From contig JABDCC010000001.1 in the NCBI GenBank assembly GCA_013288335.1, positions 38,862-102,861 of the forward strand: a stretch of 64,000 bases of DNA, given 5' to 3'. Under the pieces are notes generated by a model that had not been told where the DNA came from, searched no databases, and was given only the letters and a program-made list of their open reading frames with translations. Source of the stretch: Alphaproteobacteria bacterium. GTDB taxonomy: Bacteria > Pseudomonadota > Alphaproteobacteria > Rickettsiales > JABCZZ01. Shown in pieces: positions 39,729-49,808 of this stretch (positions within the stretch are counted from its first letter, which is position 1; each line of letters starts with the position of its first letter). The position numbers and the translations under genes are program-made.

Positions 39729-39834
39729 AAGGCGTGCTTGTTATTGGTAACGCATTTGCACCCTTGTTGCAAAATGCCTTGCTAGCAGAATTCACGCATA
39801 TTTAAAATATCAAGAAATCAGTGGTATTTTAAAA

Positions 39835-40257
39835 CTAACGCTGATTTTTTTTAACAAAACCAGCTTCTAGTGATTGTCTCTCTGCAGCCAAACCACTAGA
39901 AAACAGCTCATTAATTATATCCCTAGCCAGGTCACCTACTTTAGAGTCAGGCATAAGCCATGTTTTATATCCGTTGTCGTCTTTATAGACAAAGCCGTTA
40001 TGACACTGCGAGTAATATAGTTCCATATCCGCACCAAGAGTGCTCTGGCCAACCGTAATATTACCTTTTGCTATGCCCTCAAGAAGTCCTTTAATTCTAC
40101 GAGATGCGTTGCCAATTCCGTCATCATAAAGAAGCCGGTAATAGGTCTTTTTTTGAAGTTCAGTATGCTCTGCAATCAGGCATTTATCGAATTCTTCAAA
40201 CTTCTCTCTTATAGCAATAGCGGCTTTTTGATATTTATTTGTAACTTCTTCATTCAT
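39835..40257 (-). CDS. Orphan hypothetical protein
   Basis: 140-aa AT-rich ORF with strong SD (gggaggaag). Confidence 0.7.
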   Translation of the reverse strand: MNEEVTNKYQKAAIAIREKFEEFDKCLIAEHTELQKKTYYRLLYDDGIGNASRRIKGLLEGIAKGNITVGQSTLGADMELYYSQCHNGFVYKDDNGYKTWLMPDSKVGDLARDIINELFSSGLAAERQSLEAGFVKKNQR

Positions 40258-40305
40258 AAACTTCCTCCCTGTTTTAATAGTAAAGTGGATTCTAACATTA
40301 GATTC

Positions 40306-40321
40306 GTTAATTTAAAGTTAA
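40306..40321 (-). promoter_or_regulatory. CtrA-type box
   Basis: Reverse complement TTAACTTTAAATTAAC, about 50 nt upstream of the 40257 start. Confidence 0.6.
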
Positions 40322-40446
40322 GATTATATGACGATAGTGCAAAAAACTATGATACCAGTGAAAATTACTTAGAAAATAATGTCTGAATTTGATGAGATGG
40401 AAAGATTTTTGTTCATTAAATTAGTTTGGAAAAAGAATTAGATATA

Positions 40447-40462
40447 TTAACTAATTATTAAC
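40447..40462 (+). promoter_or_regulatory. CtrA-type box
   Basis: ttaactaattattaac, about 60 nt upstream of the 40524 start. Confidence 0.6.
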
Positions 40463-40523
40463 TAATTATCCCTAAAATAACTTCTCAACATATTCGATTT
40501 ACCTGAATTATGGGAGAAAAATT

Positions 40524-41015
40524 ATGAACACACCTTACACATTATCCCTAATGGATGAAAAATATGGCCAGCCCGAAGTAAAATCTGCTCTTCTTACACT
40601 CAACCAAATGCCAGGATTGAACGCAACGTTTTATTCAGGTTCTTCGAGTCTTGGTGAGATCTGTTCTTTTGATATAACGCCCGTCTGTAGATTTAGTACT
40701 AAAAGAGAAGCAGAGGATTTTGGTAAAAAATTATATCAATTATGTAGTACGAATTTTCAGAAGATTGGCAAAATGATTGCTGTTAAGGGGTACGGCCCAA
40801 TAGATATACAGCGTTTTGGCGAGTATAAATATGGAGTGGAATTCAAAGTTACCGTAACAGATAATGCTGATAAATTGGATTTTCTTTCCAGAATGCGTTT
40901 AAGAAAAACGGTAAATCACATAATAAAAAATGCAAAAGACATTACTGCATTACTTAGCCAACATGGGGTTGATACATCTGATTTCAAAGGGTTTAGTAAA
41001 GAGAAATTTGATTAA
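40524..41015 (+). CDS. Orphan hypothetical protein
   Basis: 163-aa AT-rich ORF with SD gggag. Confidence 0.7.
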   Translation: MNTPYTLSLMDEKYGQPEVKSALLTLNQMPGLNATFYSGSSSLGEICSFDITPVCRFSTKREAEDFGKKLYQLCSTNFQKIGKMIAVKGYGPIDIQRFGEYKYGVEFKVTVTDNADKLDFLSRMRLRKTVNHIIKNAKDITALLSQHGVDTSDFKGFSKEKFD

Positions 41016-41443
41016 ATTAAACTAGCCATCGCCTCTAACGCCAGAATATAACCTAAACTTCCAAACCCGGTAATAATGCCTTTTACCGCTCGTCCCGTAT
41101 AGGTTTGGTGGCGGAATTCTTCGCGTTTATAGATATTGGAAATATGCACTTCAATGGCAGGAATCTTAATAGCAAGCAGCGCGTCCATCAGCGCCACCGA
41201 GCTATGCCCAAACCCCGCGGGATTGATGATAAGCCCTTGCGCATTTTTGCCGGCTTCCTGCACCCAGCTAATCAATTCACCTTCGAGGTTGCTTTGATGA
41301 AATTTAAGATTTAAAGAAAGAACAGAGGCTTTCTTCTCGCATAATTTTTGAATGTCTGTGAGCGTTTCGGAACCATAAATTTCCGGCTCACGCGTTCCAA
41401 GCATGTTGAGATTGGGGCCGTTTATGATAACTATATTCTTCAT
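41012..41443 (-). CDS. aroQ: Type II 3-dehydroquinate dehydratase
   Basis: NGPNLNMLGTREPEIYG, QSN.EG, EVHISNI..REEFRH. Confidence 0.96.
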   Translation of the reverse strand: MKNIVIINGPNLNMLGTREPEIYGSETLTDIQKLCEKKASVLSLNLKFHQSNLEGELISWVQEAGKNAQGLIINPAGFGHSSVALMDALLAIKIPAIEVHISNIYKREEFRHQTYTGRAVKGIITGFGSLGYILALEAMASLI

Positions 41444-41475
41444 TGGATACTCCCTGATTAAACTATATAACCATT

Positions 41476-41676
41476 ATGCAGATATATATCAACGGGCAAG
41501 AGCAGGTTTGGAGTGAAGGCGGCACATTGGCGGTGCTCGTGGATAAATTTGACCTCAATATCCGTAAAATTGCAATTGAGTTGAATCTCGCAATCGTGCC
41601 ACGCTCCTTATACGACGAAACGATTTTATGTGATGGTGATAAAATCGAGATCGTGCAATTCATCGGTGGAGGGTAG
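41476..41676 (+). CDS. thiS: Sulfur carrier protein ThiS
   Basis: 66 aa; AIELN..IVPR...D.IEIV.FIGGG C-terminus. Confidence 0.95.
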   Translation: MQIYINGQEQVWSEGGTLAVLVDKFDLNIRKIAIELNLAIVPRSLYDETILCDGDKIEIVQFIGGG

Positions 41677-41677
41677 G

Positions 41678-42454
41678 GTGGCGGAATTTGAAGATCCCCT
41701 CATTATTGCCGGTCGCACGTTTCATTCGCGGCTGCTTGTGGGTACCGGAAAATATAAGAATTTTGAGCAAACCAAAGCGGCAACCGAAGCTTCAGGGGCT
41801 GAAATTGTAACGGTGGCGCTACGCCGCGTGAGTTTGACACCCGACAAAGGCTCCATTCAGGATTTTCTGGATCCAAAAATTTACACATATCTGCCCAATA
41901 GTGCCGGTTGCTTTACCGCTGATGAGGCGGTGCGTACATTAAAACTTGCTCGCGAAGCGGGGGGGTGGAAACTCATCAAACTCGAGGTGATTGGTGACAA
42001 AAAAACCCTTTACCCTGATGCAGAAGAAACCCTCAAAGCGGCAATAATTTTAACAAAAGACGGGTTTGAAGTCATGGCATACACCAATGACGATCCGGTG
42101 ATGGCCAAGAAACTTGAAGATGCTGGGTGTGTTGCGGTGATGCCGCTTGCTTCACCCATTGGTTCAGGGCTTGGCATACAAAATCCGCTTGCTATCCGCA
42201 CTATTGTGGAAAATGCGAAGGTTCCGATTCTGGTAGATGCAGGCGTTGGTACGGCGTCTGATGCGGCAGTGGCTATGGAGCTTGGTTGTGATGGAGTCCT
42301 CATGAACACCGCCATCGCCGAAGCGAAAGATCCGGTGCGTATGGCAATCGCTATGAAACATGCGGTAATTGCCGGAAGAATTGCCTATCTTGCCGGAAGA
42401 ATGCCGAAACGTGAAACCGCAAGTGCATCGAGCCCACTTGAAGGTAATATTTAA
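41678..42454 (+). CDS. thiG: Thiazole synthase
   Basis: [40 protein letters not shown]; GTG start at 41678. Confidence 0.96.
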   Translation: MAEFEDPLIIAGRTFHSRLLVGTGKYKNFEQTKAATEASGAEIVTVALRRVSLTPDKGSIQDFLDPKIYTYLPNSAGCFTADEAVRTLKLAREAGGWKLIKLEVIGDKKTLYPDAEETLKAAIILTKDGFEVMAYTNDDPVMAKKLEDAGCVAVMPLASPIGSGLGIQNPLAIRTIVENAKVPILVDAGVGTASDAAVAMELGCDGVLMNTAIAEAKDPVRMAIAMKHAVIAGRIAYLAGRMPKRETASASSPLEGNI

Positions 42455-42578
42455 GCTGGTAACTTTCTTTTATTTTTCTGCTAGCAAAAAAACTTCTTAA
42501 AATATTTTAAACTGTGCATAAGAGAAAAATTTCTAATGACCTAACTGTAGTTTTGTTTTATTAGTATATATACTATAT

Positions 42579-44504
42579 ATGGTATATATTTGTTGGATCA
42601 TGCATAAAAAAGAAAACAAGTTTTTATTCAAACGAGTAGCTATCTCAGCGTCAGTTGTTTTGCTGTGCTGTGCGCTCTCGGATATTGCCGTTGCGAATTC
42701 CACGTATATAGACCCAAGTGAACAAAGTGGTTTTGGTCATGACCATATTAAAAGAGAAGCGATATCTGACACTCCGGCAGATGTTCCCAAAATTCATTTG
42801 GGCAGGGTGTTTGAAGTCATTGGTAATGTACCAAAAAGATTGGTTTCAGAATTATCCCCGTCTGATAACAGTGATACAAAGTTACCCGTAAAACCCATTG
42901 CAGTAAGCAATAAAACCAAAGTTATAATAAGAACGGTTTCCACACAATCGGCAGCGAATGCCCTTGAAGTTGCAGCAAAAACCCCGCTTGCTACTGCCAG
43001 GTATATTGGTAAGGAAAATTACGCTATAGCCATGGCTGAATCTGGCCAGGCTGCGAGAAATGTTTTGCCCAAGGTGGCTACAGAGAAGCCAACAAGCGTA
43101 TTTGCGGCCAGCGATACAAAGCTATATGCGGATAATAGATCTTATGCAACGACACCTAAAGTTGTTGCCAGCGCACCTGTCACTACGGTCGTGGCTTCTG
43201 CTGAACCAAGCGAGCCCGTGGATAAACCCCGGCAGAATTTTTCTATGATGGACTCGGTGGCGGCACCTGCGGACGCCGCGCTGCCTATAGAGAACAAGAA
43301 AAAAGAAACGGTGATTAGATCTGAACTGGTTTCTGCGGTATTCCCACCACCGAGTTCTGCATCTGATACGAATAGTTTTCAACTGGCTCAGGCAGACACG
43401 AATGCTGCTCTTCCTGCGGCTCCTGCGCCTACGCTTTTGCCCCTGCCAGTGCCTCCGTCTCCATCTCTGCCTGCGTTGCCTTTGCCATTGGACAAGAAAG
43501 ATACTACACCAGTACCCTCACCTGTTGTGCCCCCTGCAATTACGACTCCAACAAATACTCCGCCAGCAACTCTGCCCGCTATTGCCCCCGCTACAGCAAC
43601 GCCACCAACTACTCCAGCGGTTGTGGTTCCGGAGCCTTTAGTTCCTGTCGCGGCTACGCCGCCAGTGCCTGCTGCCAATACACCCCTTGCTCCGTCTGCA
43701 GCACCGGTGTTACCTCTGCCCGGCGCTGCTCCTGCGGATTCCTTATCTGCACAGTCAAAGGATATATTGAATAAATTGCCGCGTGAGAAGCTGCCTAAGG
43801 CTACAAATCCCAGTCATGTTGAATTAGAGCATGAACATAAAAATGCCATGGATGTGGATGATGATGTAAAAAAGCATAAAGGCATCGGTGTGGAAATAAC
43901 AGTGCAGCGCCCAAAAGCCGATGTTACAAAAATGCTCGAAGAAGCTTACGATGATTTGCTATCGGGTGATCAGGAAAGTGCAATCAGGCTTTATAAAAAT
44001 GTTTTGGAAGTGCAGCCTAAAAATAAACTGGCATTATTTGGCTTGGCGACTACGTATCACCGCGCCGGACAGATTCAGCTAGCACGTCCGCTTTATGGGA
44101 AGCTGCTTACCATTGATCCTAATAACGTGGAAGGGCTCAACAATTTTCTGGTATTGCTTGCTGATGAATCTCCCGACAGTGCTTTAATTGAGTTAAACAA
44201 GCTTGCGCGCACCCATCCGGATTTCAGTCCGATACCCGCGCAGATGGCTATTATTTATGAAAAAACCGGCCAATACGAATCGGCAATCAAAAAAATGGAA
44301 GCCGCTATTAATTTGTCACCGGAAAACCTGAAATATCGCTATGATATGGCCATCATGCTTGATAAACATGGAGACTGGGCGGATGCAGCAGCGGTCTACC
44401 AGCAGTTGCTGACTGCCAATGATCGCGGAGAGAAAATTCCCGGTAATCCCGATTCGATCCAGGAAAGACTGACCTATATACGCTCTAACAGACCTGGGGG
44501 ATAG
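42579..44504 (+). CDS. Exported TPR protein with long Pro/Ala/Thr-rich linker
   Basis: N-terminal signal/TM; low-complexity PAT tract; C-terminal TPRs (ALFGLATTYHRAG, YRYDMAIMLD); upstream of pilT. Confidence 0.8.
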   Translation: MVYICWIMHKKENKFLFKRVAISASVVLLCCALSDIAVANSTYIDPSEQSGFGHDHIKREAISDTPADVPKIHLGRVFEVIGNVPKRLVSELSPSDNSDTKLPVKPIAVSNKTKVIIRTVSTQSAANALEVAAKTPLATARYIGKENYAIAMAESGQAARNVLPKVATEKPTSVFAASDTKLYADNRSYATTPKVVASAPVTTVVASAEPSEPVDKPRQNFSMMDSVAAPADAALPIENKKKETVIRSELVSAVFPPPSSASDTNSFQLAQADTNAALPAAPAPTLLPLPVPPSPSLPALPLPLDKKDTTPVPSPVVPPAITTPTNTPPATLPAIAPATATPPTTPAVVVPEPLVPVAATPPVPAANTPLAPSAAPVLPLPGAAPADSLSAQSKDILNKLPREKLPKATNPSHVELEHEHKNAMDVDDDVKKHKGIGVEITVQRPKADVTKMLEEAYDDLLSGDQESAIRLYKNVLEVQPKNKLALFGLATTYHRAGQIQLARPLYGKLLTIDPNNVEGLNNFLVLLADESPDSALIELNKLARTHPDFSPIPAQMAIIYEKTGQYESAIKKMEAAINLSPENLKYRYDMAIMLDKHGDWADAAAVYQQLLTANDRGEKIPGNPDSIQERLTYIRSNRPGG

Positions 44505-44528
44505 AGTCTAAAACTTGAAAGCGATTTT

Positions 44529-45641
44529 ATGGAAATCACCGATCTTCTGCTAGCTTCACAAAAAAACAGTGCGTCCGATCTGCATTTGTCTATAGGTAAC
44601 CCGCCCATACTCAGGGTTAACGGCGATATGCTGCCTCTGCAAGTGGGTGTGCTTACTGCTGATGATGTGCGAAAAATACTCTATTCCATAATGACCGAGC
44701 AGCAGCGTTCGGATTATGAGCGTGATTTGGAAATCGATTTTTCCCTGTCTTACAGCGATCACATGCGGTTTCGCGTCAATGCATTTACCAATCTTTCCGG
44801 CCCTGCCGCGGTGCTGCGTACCATTCCCACCAAAGTATTTACTCTGGAAGATTTAAAAGCGCCGGAGATTTTTACGAAACTTACCGAACTTCATAAAGGC
44901 CTTATTCTGGTAACCGGCCCGACAGGCAGTGGTAAATCCACGACGCTAGCTGCGATGATAAATCATATCAATGTAAATTCCTCCAAACATATACTGACCA
45001 TTGAAGATCCTGTGGAGTTTGTACATTATTCTAAGAAATCTCTTATCAACCAACGTGAAGTCGGCGCCAGTACCAGGTCGTTTGCCAAAGCCCTAAAAAG
45101 CGCTTTGCGTGAAGATCCAGATGTTATTATGGTCGGTGAGTTGCGCGATCTGGAAACAATCCAGCTTGCCATGACTGCTGCGGAAACCGGACATCTGGTG
45201 ATGGGAACCTTGCATACCAGTTCCGCTCCGAAAACCATTGATCGTATTATTGACGTGTTTCCTGCAAATGACAAAGAAATGGTGCGTGCCATGTTATCTG
45301 TTTCACTGGAGGCAGTCATAACTCAGGCGCTGGTTAAGCGTATGGATGGAACTGGGCGTATTGCAATTCATGAAATTCTGCTGGGTACTCCGGCTGTTCG
45401 AAATCTTATTCGTGAAAATAAAATTCCACAAATTTCTTCCATGATGCAGGTAGGAAGCAAACACGGAATGCGTACCATGAAAGATGCGGTGTATGATTTA
45501 ATGAATCAGGGAGTCATTTCTCAGGAAACTGCTAAATCCCTGCTTGCAACAACGGGCAATACGGAAGATGCCGATGCGGCGGCTGGAAAACCAGCAACCG
45601 TATCTGCGGCGGGATCAGCCAAATTTGGCTCGAGTTTCTAA
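44529..45641 (+). CDS. pilT: Type IV pilus retraction ATPase PilT
   Basis: GPTGSGKSTT, TIEDPVEF, ALREDPD, AAETGHLV.GTLHT, AVRNLIRE. Confidence 0.96.
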   Translation: MEITDLLLASQKNSASDLHLSIGNPPILRVNGDMLPLQVGVLTADDVRKILYSIMTEQQRSDYERDLEIDFSLSYSDHMRFRVNAFTNLSGPAAVLRTIPTKVFTLEDLKAPEIFTKLTELHKGLILVTGPTGSGKSTTLAAMINHINVNSSKHILTIEDPVEFVHYSKKSLINQREVGASTRSFAKALKSALREDPDVIMVGELRDLETIQLAMTAAETGHLVMGTLHTSSAPKTIDRIIDVFPANDKEMVRAMLSVSLEAVITQALVKRMDGTGRIAIHEILLGTPAVRNLIRENKIPQISSMMQVGSKHGMRTMKDAVYDLMNQGVISQETAKSLLATTGNTEDADAAAGKPATVSAAGSAKFGSSF

Positions 45642-45656
45642 TTATAAGGTATTTCT

Positions 45657-46784
45657 ATGTCAGAGTATTCTCTTGAGGCTATCGTTAAAGAATTTATAAG
45701 GCTTGAGGGTTCCGACCTATACCTGACTTTTGGCTGCGCGCCGAATGTGCGTGTGGCAGATAACATAATTGCATTGGAAGGCAAACCACTTGCGGATGCG
45801 GATATAGAATATCTGCTTGCCGAAATGTTGCCGGAAGAAAAACGCCAGGAATTTTTCTCTAAGATGGAATTTAATGCTCCCATTGAGCTTGCGGGTCTTG
45901 GGCGCTTCAGGGTTAATATATTTCGCCAACAGCAGCATACTGGCATTGTGATGCGGCGGGTGCGGGCGGACATTCCTACGGTCGAATCCCTTAAGATTCC
46001 AAAAATATATAGCGATATCATTATGGAAGCTCGCGGGCTCATACTGGTTGTGGGAGCAACCGGTGCTGGTAAATCCACCTCGCTTGCTGCCATGATTGGC
46101 CACCGCAACCAATATGGGTATGGGCATATTCTGACCGTCGAAGACCCCATAGAATTTATACATCAGCATAACGGCTGCATGATTACCCAGCGCGATGTTG
46201 GTATTGATACATATTCTTATGGCGATGCGTTAAAAAATGCACTGCGCCAGCGCCCTGATGTGGTGCTTATCGGTGAAATACGTGACCGCGAAACCATGGA
46301 ACACGCGCTTAACTTTTCTGAGACCGGACATCTTTGCGTGGCAACCCTGCATGCTGGCAATACCTGCCAGGCGATTGAGCGTGTGCTGAATTTTTTCCCT
46401 GAAGAAACAAGACGGCAGGTGAGTTATAATCTTGCCTATAATCTGCTTGGTATTTTTTCGCAAAGGCTTGTGCTCACTAAACAAAATACTCGAACAGTTG
46501 CCTGCGAAATCATGCTTAACCGTGGATTTATAAGCACTTTGATTCAGGAAAATAAAGTGAAGGAAATACCTGAAGTTATGCTAAAGAATACCAACGATGG
46601 TATGCAGACGTTCGATCAGGCGCTTTATACATTATATAAAGAGGGCGTAATTAGCGATGATGTTGCTATTGCTGAATCGGATAATCCCGCTAATATTCAG
46701 TTGCTTATACGCAAAGATAAATCTTCCGGTATGGGAAAAACGACGGAAAATTCCTTCCTGCCAAAGTCCAACTCTAATTTTTAG
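45657..46784 (+). CDS. pilU: PilU-like retraction ATPase
   Basis: GATGAGKSTSLAAMI, ALRQRPDV.LIGEIRD, FSETGHLC.ATLHA, GMQTFDQAL. Confidence 0.9.
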   Translation: MSEYSLEAIVKEFIRLEGSDLYLTFGCAPNVRVADNIIALEGKPLADADIEYLLAEMLPEEKRQEFFSKMEFNAPIELAGLGRFRVNIFRQQQHTGIVMRRVRADIPTVESLKIPKIYSDIIMEARGLILVVGATGAGKSTSLAAMIGHRNQYGYGHILTVEDPIEFIHQHNGCMITQRDVGIDTYSYGDALKNALRQRPDVVLIGEIRDRETMEHALNFSETGHLCVATLHAGNTCQAIERVLNFFPEETRRQVSYNLAYNLLGIFSQRLVLTKQNTRTVACEIMLNRGFISTLIQENKVKEIPEVMLKNTNDGMQTFDQALYTLYKEGVISDDVAIAESDNPANIQLLIRKDKSSGMGKTTENSFLPKSNSNF

Positions 46785-46803
46785 GCCAACTCTAATTTCT
46801 AGG
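46768..46803 (+). repeat. 18-bp tandem duplication spanning the pilU stop
   Basis: ccaactctaatttttagg ccaactctaatttctagg. Confidence 0.8.
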
Positions 46804-46894
46804 CTTGCCCAGTCTCTTAATATTATATCCCTAAAAAAGGTTGTGTTTTTAATAGTATATAATATACCAGACCCCTTTTTACGACTTGAGAGCC

Positions 46895-46980
46895 GGAGGA
46901 GTGGCCGAGTGGTCAATGGCAACAGACTGTAAATCTGTCCGCGCAAGCGTTCGAAGGTTCAAATCCTTCCTCCTCCACCA
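46895..46980 (+). tRNA. tRNA-Tyr (GTA)
   Basis: ggaggagtggccgagtggtcaatggcaacagactGTAaatctgt...ggttcaaatccttcctcctccacca. Confidence 0.97.
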
Positions 46981-47052
46981 ATATACTGATATATAAAATT
47001 ATTCTAAACATATCTACCCGCGCACCTCAGTATTTTTAGTGCCCTAGATACG

Positions 47053-48105
47053 TCACTGCATATTGGAAAGATAGTACCTATTAGCGATGGCGTTCTTGAC
47101 TGCGTCGAGAATGACAGGATTATTCTGAACTTGCCAATCGAACGGCTCATTAACATTGGTGTTTTTACTGCTATCAACATTGAAGAATAGCACCGCCTTG
47201 ATATGCGTATATGCAGGGATACGAGCAAAGGCATCCGCCATCCATTGTGCTTTGTGCTTGCCGGTTGGATCATCCCCCGTACTACTACCAAATTCGGCAA
47301 TCATCAGGGGCTTGGAAGGCGCAATTTGTACTATGTCGTTATATGCCTTCGCGAACACCTGGTCAAACGACATCCATGGATTAGGCGGACTCTTATTGTA
47401 CCCATCCAGACCTATCCAATCGACGTAGGCATCGCCAGGATAAACATCTCTCATGTCACCAAATTCCTTGACTGCCGGACACCACACCCATGAAACATTA
47501 GTGACACCTTCTTGTGCGAAAATGTCGTGAACATGTCTCCATGCCCTAACAAAATCCTGTGATTCTTGTTGCCGATTCGTATCGCGATCAAAGCATTTTG
47601 GCTTGCCCGAATTCGTACAATACCCATACCATGGGGCATTCATCTCTTGGTCCCAACGGAAGAACATAGGTTTGCCATATGCTTTAAATGCGCGCGCCAA
47701 TTTTCGGTAATATTCGTCAGGAAGCTGCTCGTGATTAAAGCGGTCATCCGCAGGATTGATAGTGTTGCTATTGATTTCGGCAAGGGTGCGCTGTTTGCTC
47801 TGTACGTTGACCATCGGGATAGTATTATGATTGCCATTTACCATCTCAAATACACCATTGGGCGCCATTTTGATGTGATCGTTGAAATTATGGCCATCCT
47901 CAAAGAAAAGCTGCTGGATAGCAAGCGGCTTGCCAATCATCTGTTCAAATTGTGGAAAACTAATATCGCCCAAGAGCACCGATGCCCCAAGATAAGCACC
48001 TTGTGCTGGTACAGGAACTTTATTACCGTTATTAGGCTCGGCGCAATGTGCGTAATCCGGGAGTGTAAAAATCATTAATGCTATCAGTAAGTATAAATAT
48101 CGCAT
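47053..48105 (-). CDS. Secreted glycoside hydrolase family 26
   Basis: Signal peptide; FRWDQEMN..WY (acid/base Glu), YPGD.YVDWIGLDGYN, KPLMIAEFG (nucleophile Glu). Confidence 0.9.
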   Translation of the reverse strand: MRYLYLLIALMIFTLPDYAHCAEPNNGNKVPVPAQGAYLGASVLLGDISFPQFEQMIGKPLAIQQLFFEDGHNFNDHIKMAPNGVFEMVNGNHNTIPMVNVQSKQRTLAEINSNTINPADDRFNHEQLPDEYYRKLARAFKAYGKPMFFRWDQEMNAPWYGYCTNSGKPKCFDRDTNRQQESQDFVRAWRHVHDIFAQEGVTNVSWVWCPAVKEFGDMRDVYPGDAYVDWIGLDGYNKSPPNPWMSFDQVFAKAYNDIVQIAPSKPLMIAEFGSSTGDDPTGKHKAQWMADAFARIPAYTHIKAVLFFNVDSSKNTNVNEPFDWQVQNNPVILDAVKNAIANRYYLSNMQ

Positions 48106-48290
48106 GTGCTTACCTATTAATAATTTGCAGCATATATAATGTTATCATGCACAGTTTTAAAAAGACTACATCAGATTTTTCCAATATAGTGTATTTATTA
48201 TATACTACATGTATCCTGAGATCCGCAAATAAGGACTGCATAATAATGAAATCTTTTCAGTTTAAACAACCAAAGTGAGGCGGATACCAT

Positions 48291-48572
48291 ATGAAAATAT
48301 TGAAATCAGTATGGATTGTCGCGGTATTATTCTGCCTGTTCATGATAGGAGCAGGCCGAGTCTATGCCGATTGTGAATGGCAGAACATATGCGATGGCGG
48401 GGTGTGCCAAAACATTCCCATATGCGACAAAATATCTGACTTCGCGCCAAAACCCAAGCTGCGTAATAAAATGGATATGAATGTAATACCTGCGCCTGTT
48501 AATGGCCCGTGCCATCAACAGAAAGTTTGCGATAAATTGGGTAAGTGCAACTTTCTTAATGTTTGCCCTTAA
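48291..48572 (+). CDS. Secreted 8-cysteine miniprotein
   Basis: SD gaggcgga; signal peptide ending VYA; two 4-Cys modules. Confidence 0.75.
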   Translation: MKILKSVWIVAVLFCLFMIGAGRVYADCEWQNICDGGVCQNIPICDKISDFAPKPKLRNKMDMNVIPAPVNGPCHQQKVCDKLGKCNFLNVCP

Positions 48573-49782
48573 TGTTTTGAGGCGGCACTACTAACTCAGT
48601 GATGATCTGCTGTTTCTGCTTGGACGCTGTCAACCACTCAGCTGCATGTTGCTTTCGCTCTGCAAGAAAGTTAATGAAGGTTTCATCCCACATACCACGC
48701 CGGTCTGCTAACTGATGGATTTTGAAATCGGGCGTTTCATTGATCTCCACAATCACGGCCCCTCCATCAATAGGGGCTATATCCCAGCCGATGAGCGCTA
48801 TCTCGTCTAGAACCTTAGCACTTTCAGTGACCAGCTTTGTGACTTCTTGCCAGTTAGGGATAACGGTTCCCACGATTAAGACGCCGGTATCAGGATGATG
48901 GGTAATTTCTTCAAAACCATTTTCACTGGCACGTATCACACTTAAAACCCGCCCGCTTTCTATATCAAGCTGTGCAAGAAGATTACCGGATCGCCAGAAA
49001 TTATCGGCAATATTAGAACCTGTCGGAATTTTCCAGCAGGCACGTATAATTTTTGGTCCTCCCTGCATTGTAATGGTGAGTAATCGCACGGTGGCCAAGC
49101 GATTTCCACATATTTTGCGTATCTCCGTATGCGGACTGATGCGGCGCTGAAACAAATATCCCGAGGCAGCATGATTTTTTACGTAGGCGATAAAAGTATC
49201 AAGCGGTATGCCGTATCCCATCGTGGTAATAAGCCGCTTTCCTGTTTCATCATAACGCTCTAAGCTTGCCGTGCCAATGCTTTGACGCCCGCCAATAGGT
49301 TTGCTGAATAAAGGATAATATTCGCTTTTAGTCAGAAAGTTTCGCAATTCTTCTTCACTGCGCAATAAGAATTGCGAGGTTCTTCCCACCCCATCCCGAA
49401 AGATAGCAAGCGTAGGCATAATGGGAAAACCATAAGCAGATAATAAAACATCCGTTGCAATTTTGTTATTTATAAGGCCAAAGAAATCAAACCGGTAATT
49501 GGCTTCTAACCAGATTTTTTGCATGGCGCGAAGACCAAGGAACTTATTTTTCTCAGCCTGTGTGTAAAGAGTATTGTCGTATAAACACAGCGCAATATAT
49601 TCGTCGAACGATAGGCGTCCCACGCCGAAGCGGAGCGTTATAATTTCTTTAAGCAAAGAAAAATAAGAACGACCACAAAGAGCCATGATTTGTGAGAGTT
49701 TAGCAAAAAATGATTTGCGTGGCGCCATCCTTTCTACATCAGCGTATTTTAAATCAGTGTTCGAAATCGGTATCGTTGCCAT
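48556..49782 (-). CDS. ATP-grasp amide ligase (sugar-transfer-associated ATP-grasp-like)
   Basis: NKI..., FSKPIGGRQSIG, LATVR.LT, DNF...G, HHPDTG, IGWDIA.....VIVEIN..P. Confidence 0.85.
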   Translation of the reverse strand: MATIPISNTDLKYADVERMAPRKSFFAKLSQIMALCGRSYFSLLKEIITLRFGVGRLSFDEYIALCLYDNTLYTQAEKNKFLGLRAMQKIWLEANYRFDFFGLINNKIATDVLLSAYGFPIMPTLAIFRDGVGRTSQFLLRSEEELRNFLTKSEYYPLFSKPIGGRQSIGTASLERYDETGKRLITTMGYGIPLDTFIAYVKNHAASGYLFQRRISPHTEIRKICGNRLATVRLLTITMQGGPKIIRACWKIPTGSNIADNFWRSGNLLAQLDIESGRVLSVIRASENGFEEITHHPDTGVLIVGTVIPNWQEVTKLVTESAKVLDEIALIGWDIAPIDGGAVIVEINETPDFKIHQLADRRGMWDETFINFLAERKQHAAEWLTASKQKQQIITELVVPPQNIKGKH

Positions 49783-49808
49783 AGTTTTTTGAGTAAAGAT
49801 TAACAGCT

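Noticed and set aside
42497-42510. ttaaaatattttaa as a CtrA box upstream of TPR-pilT
   Set aside because: Spacer is 6, not 7; a plain AT palindrome.
48291-49782. Graspetide RiPP (ATP-grasp plus small precursor)
   Set aside because: The peptide has a Sec signal and is convergent with the ligase, so it is unlikely to be its cytoplasmic substrate; the ligase motifs fit the sugar-transfer-associated family instead.
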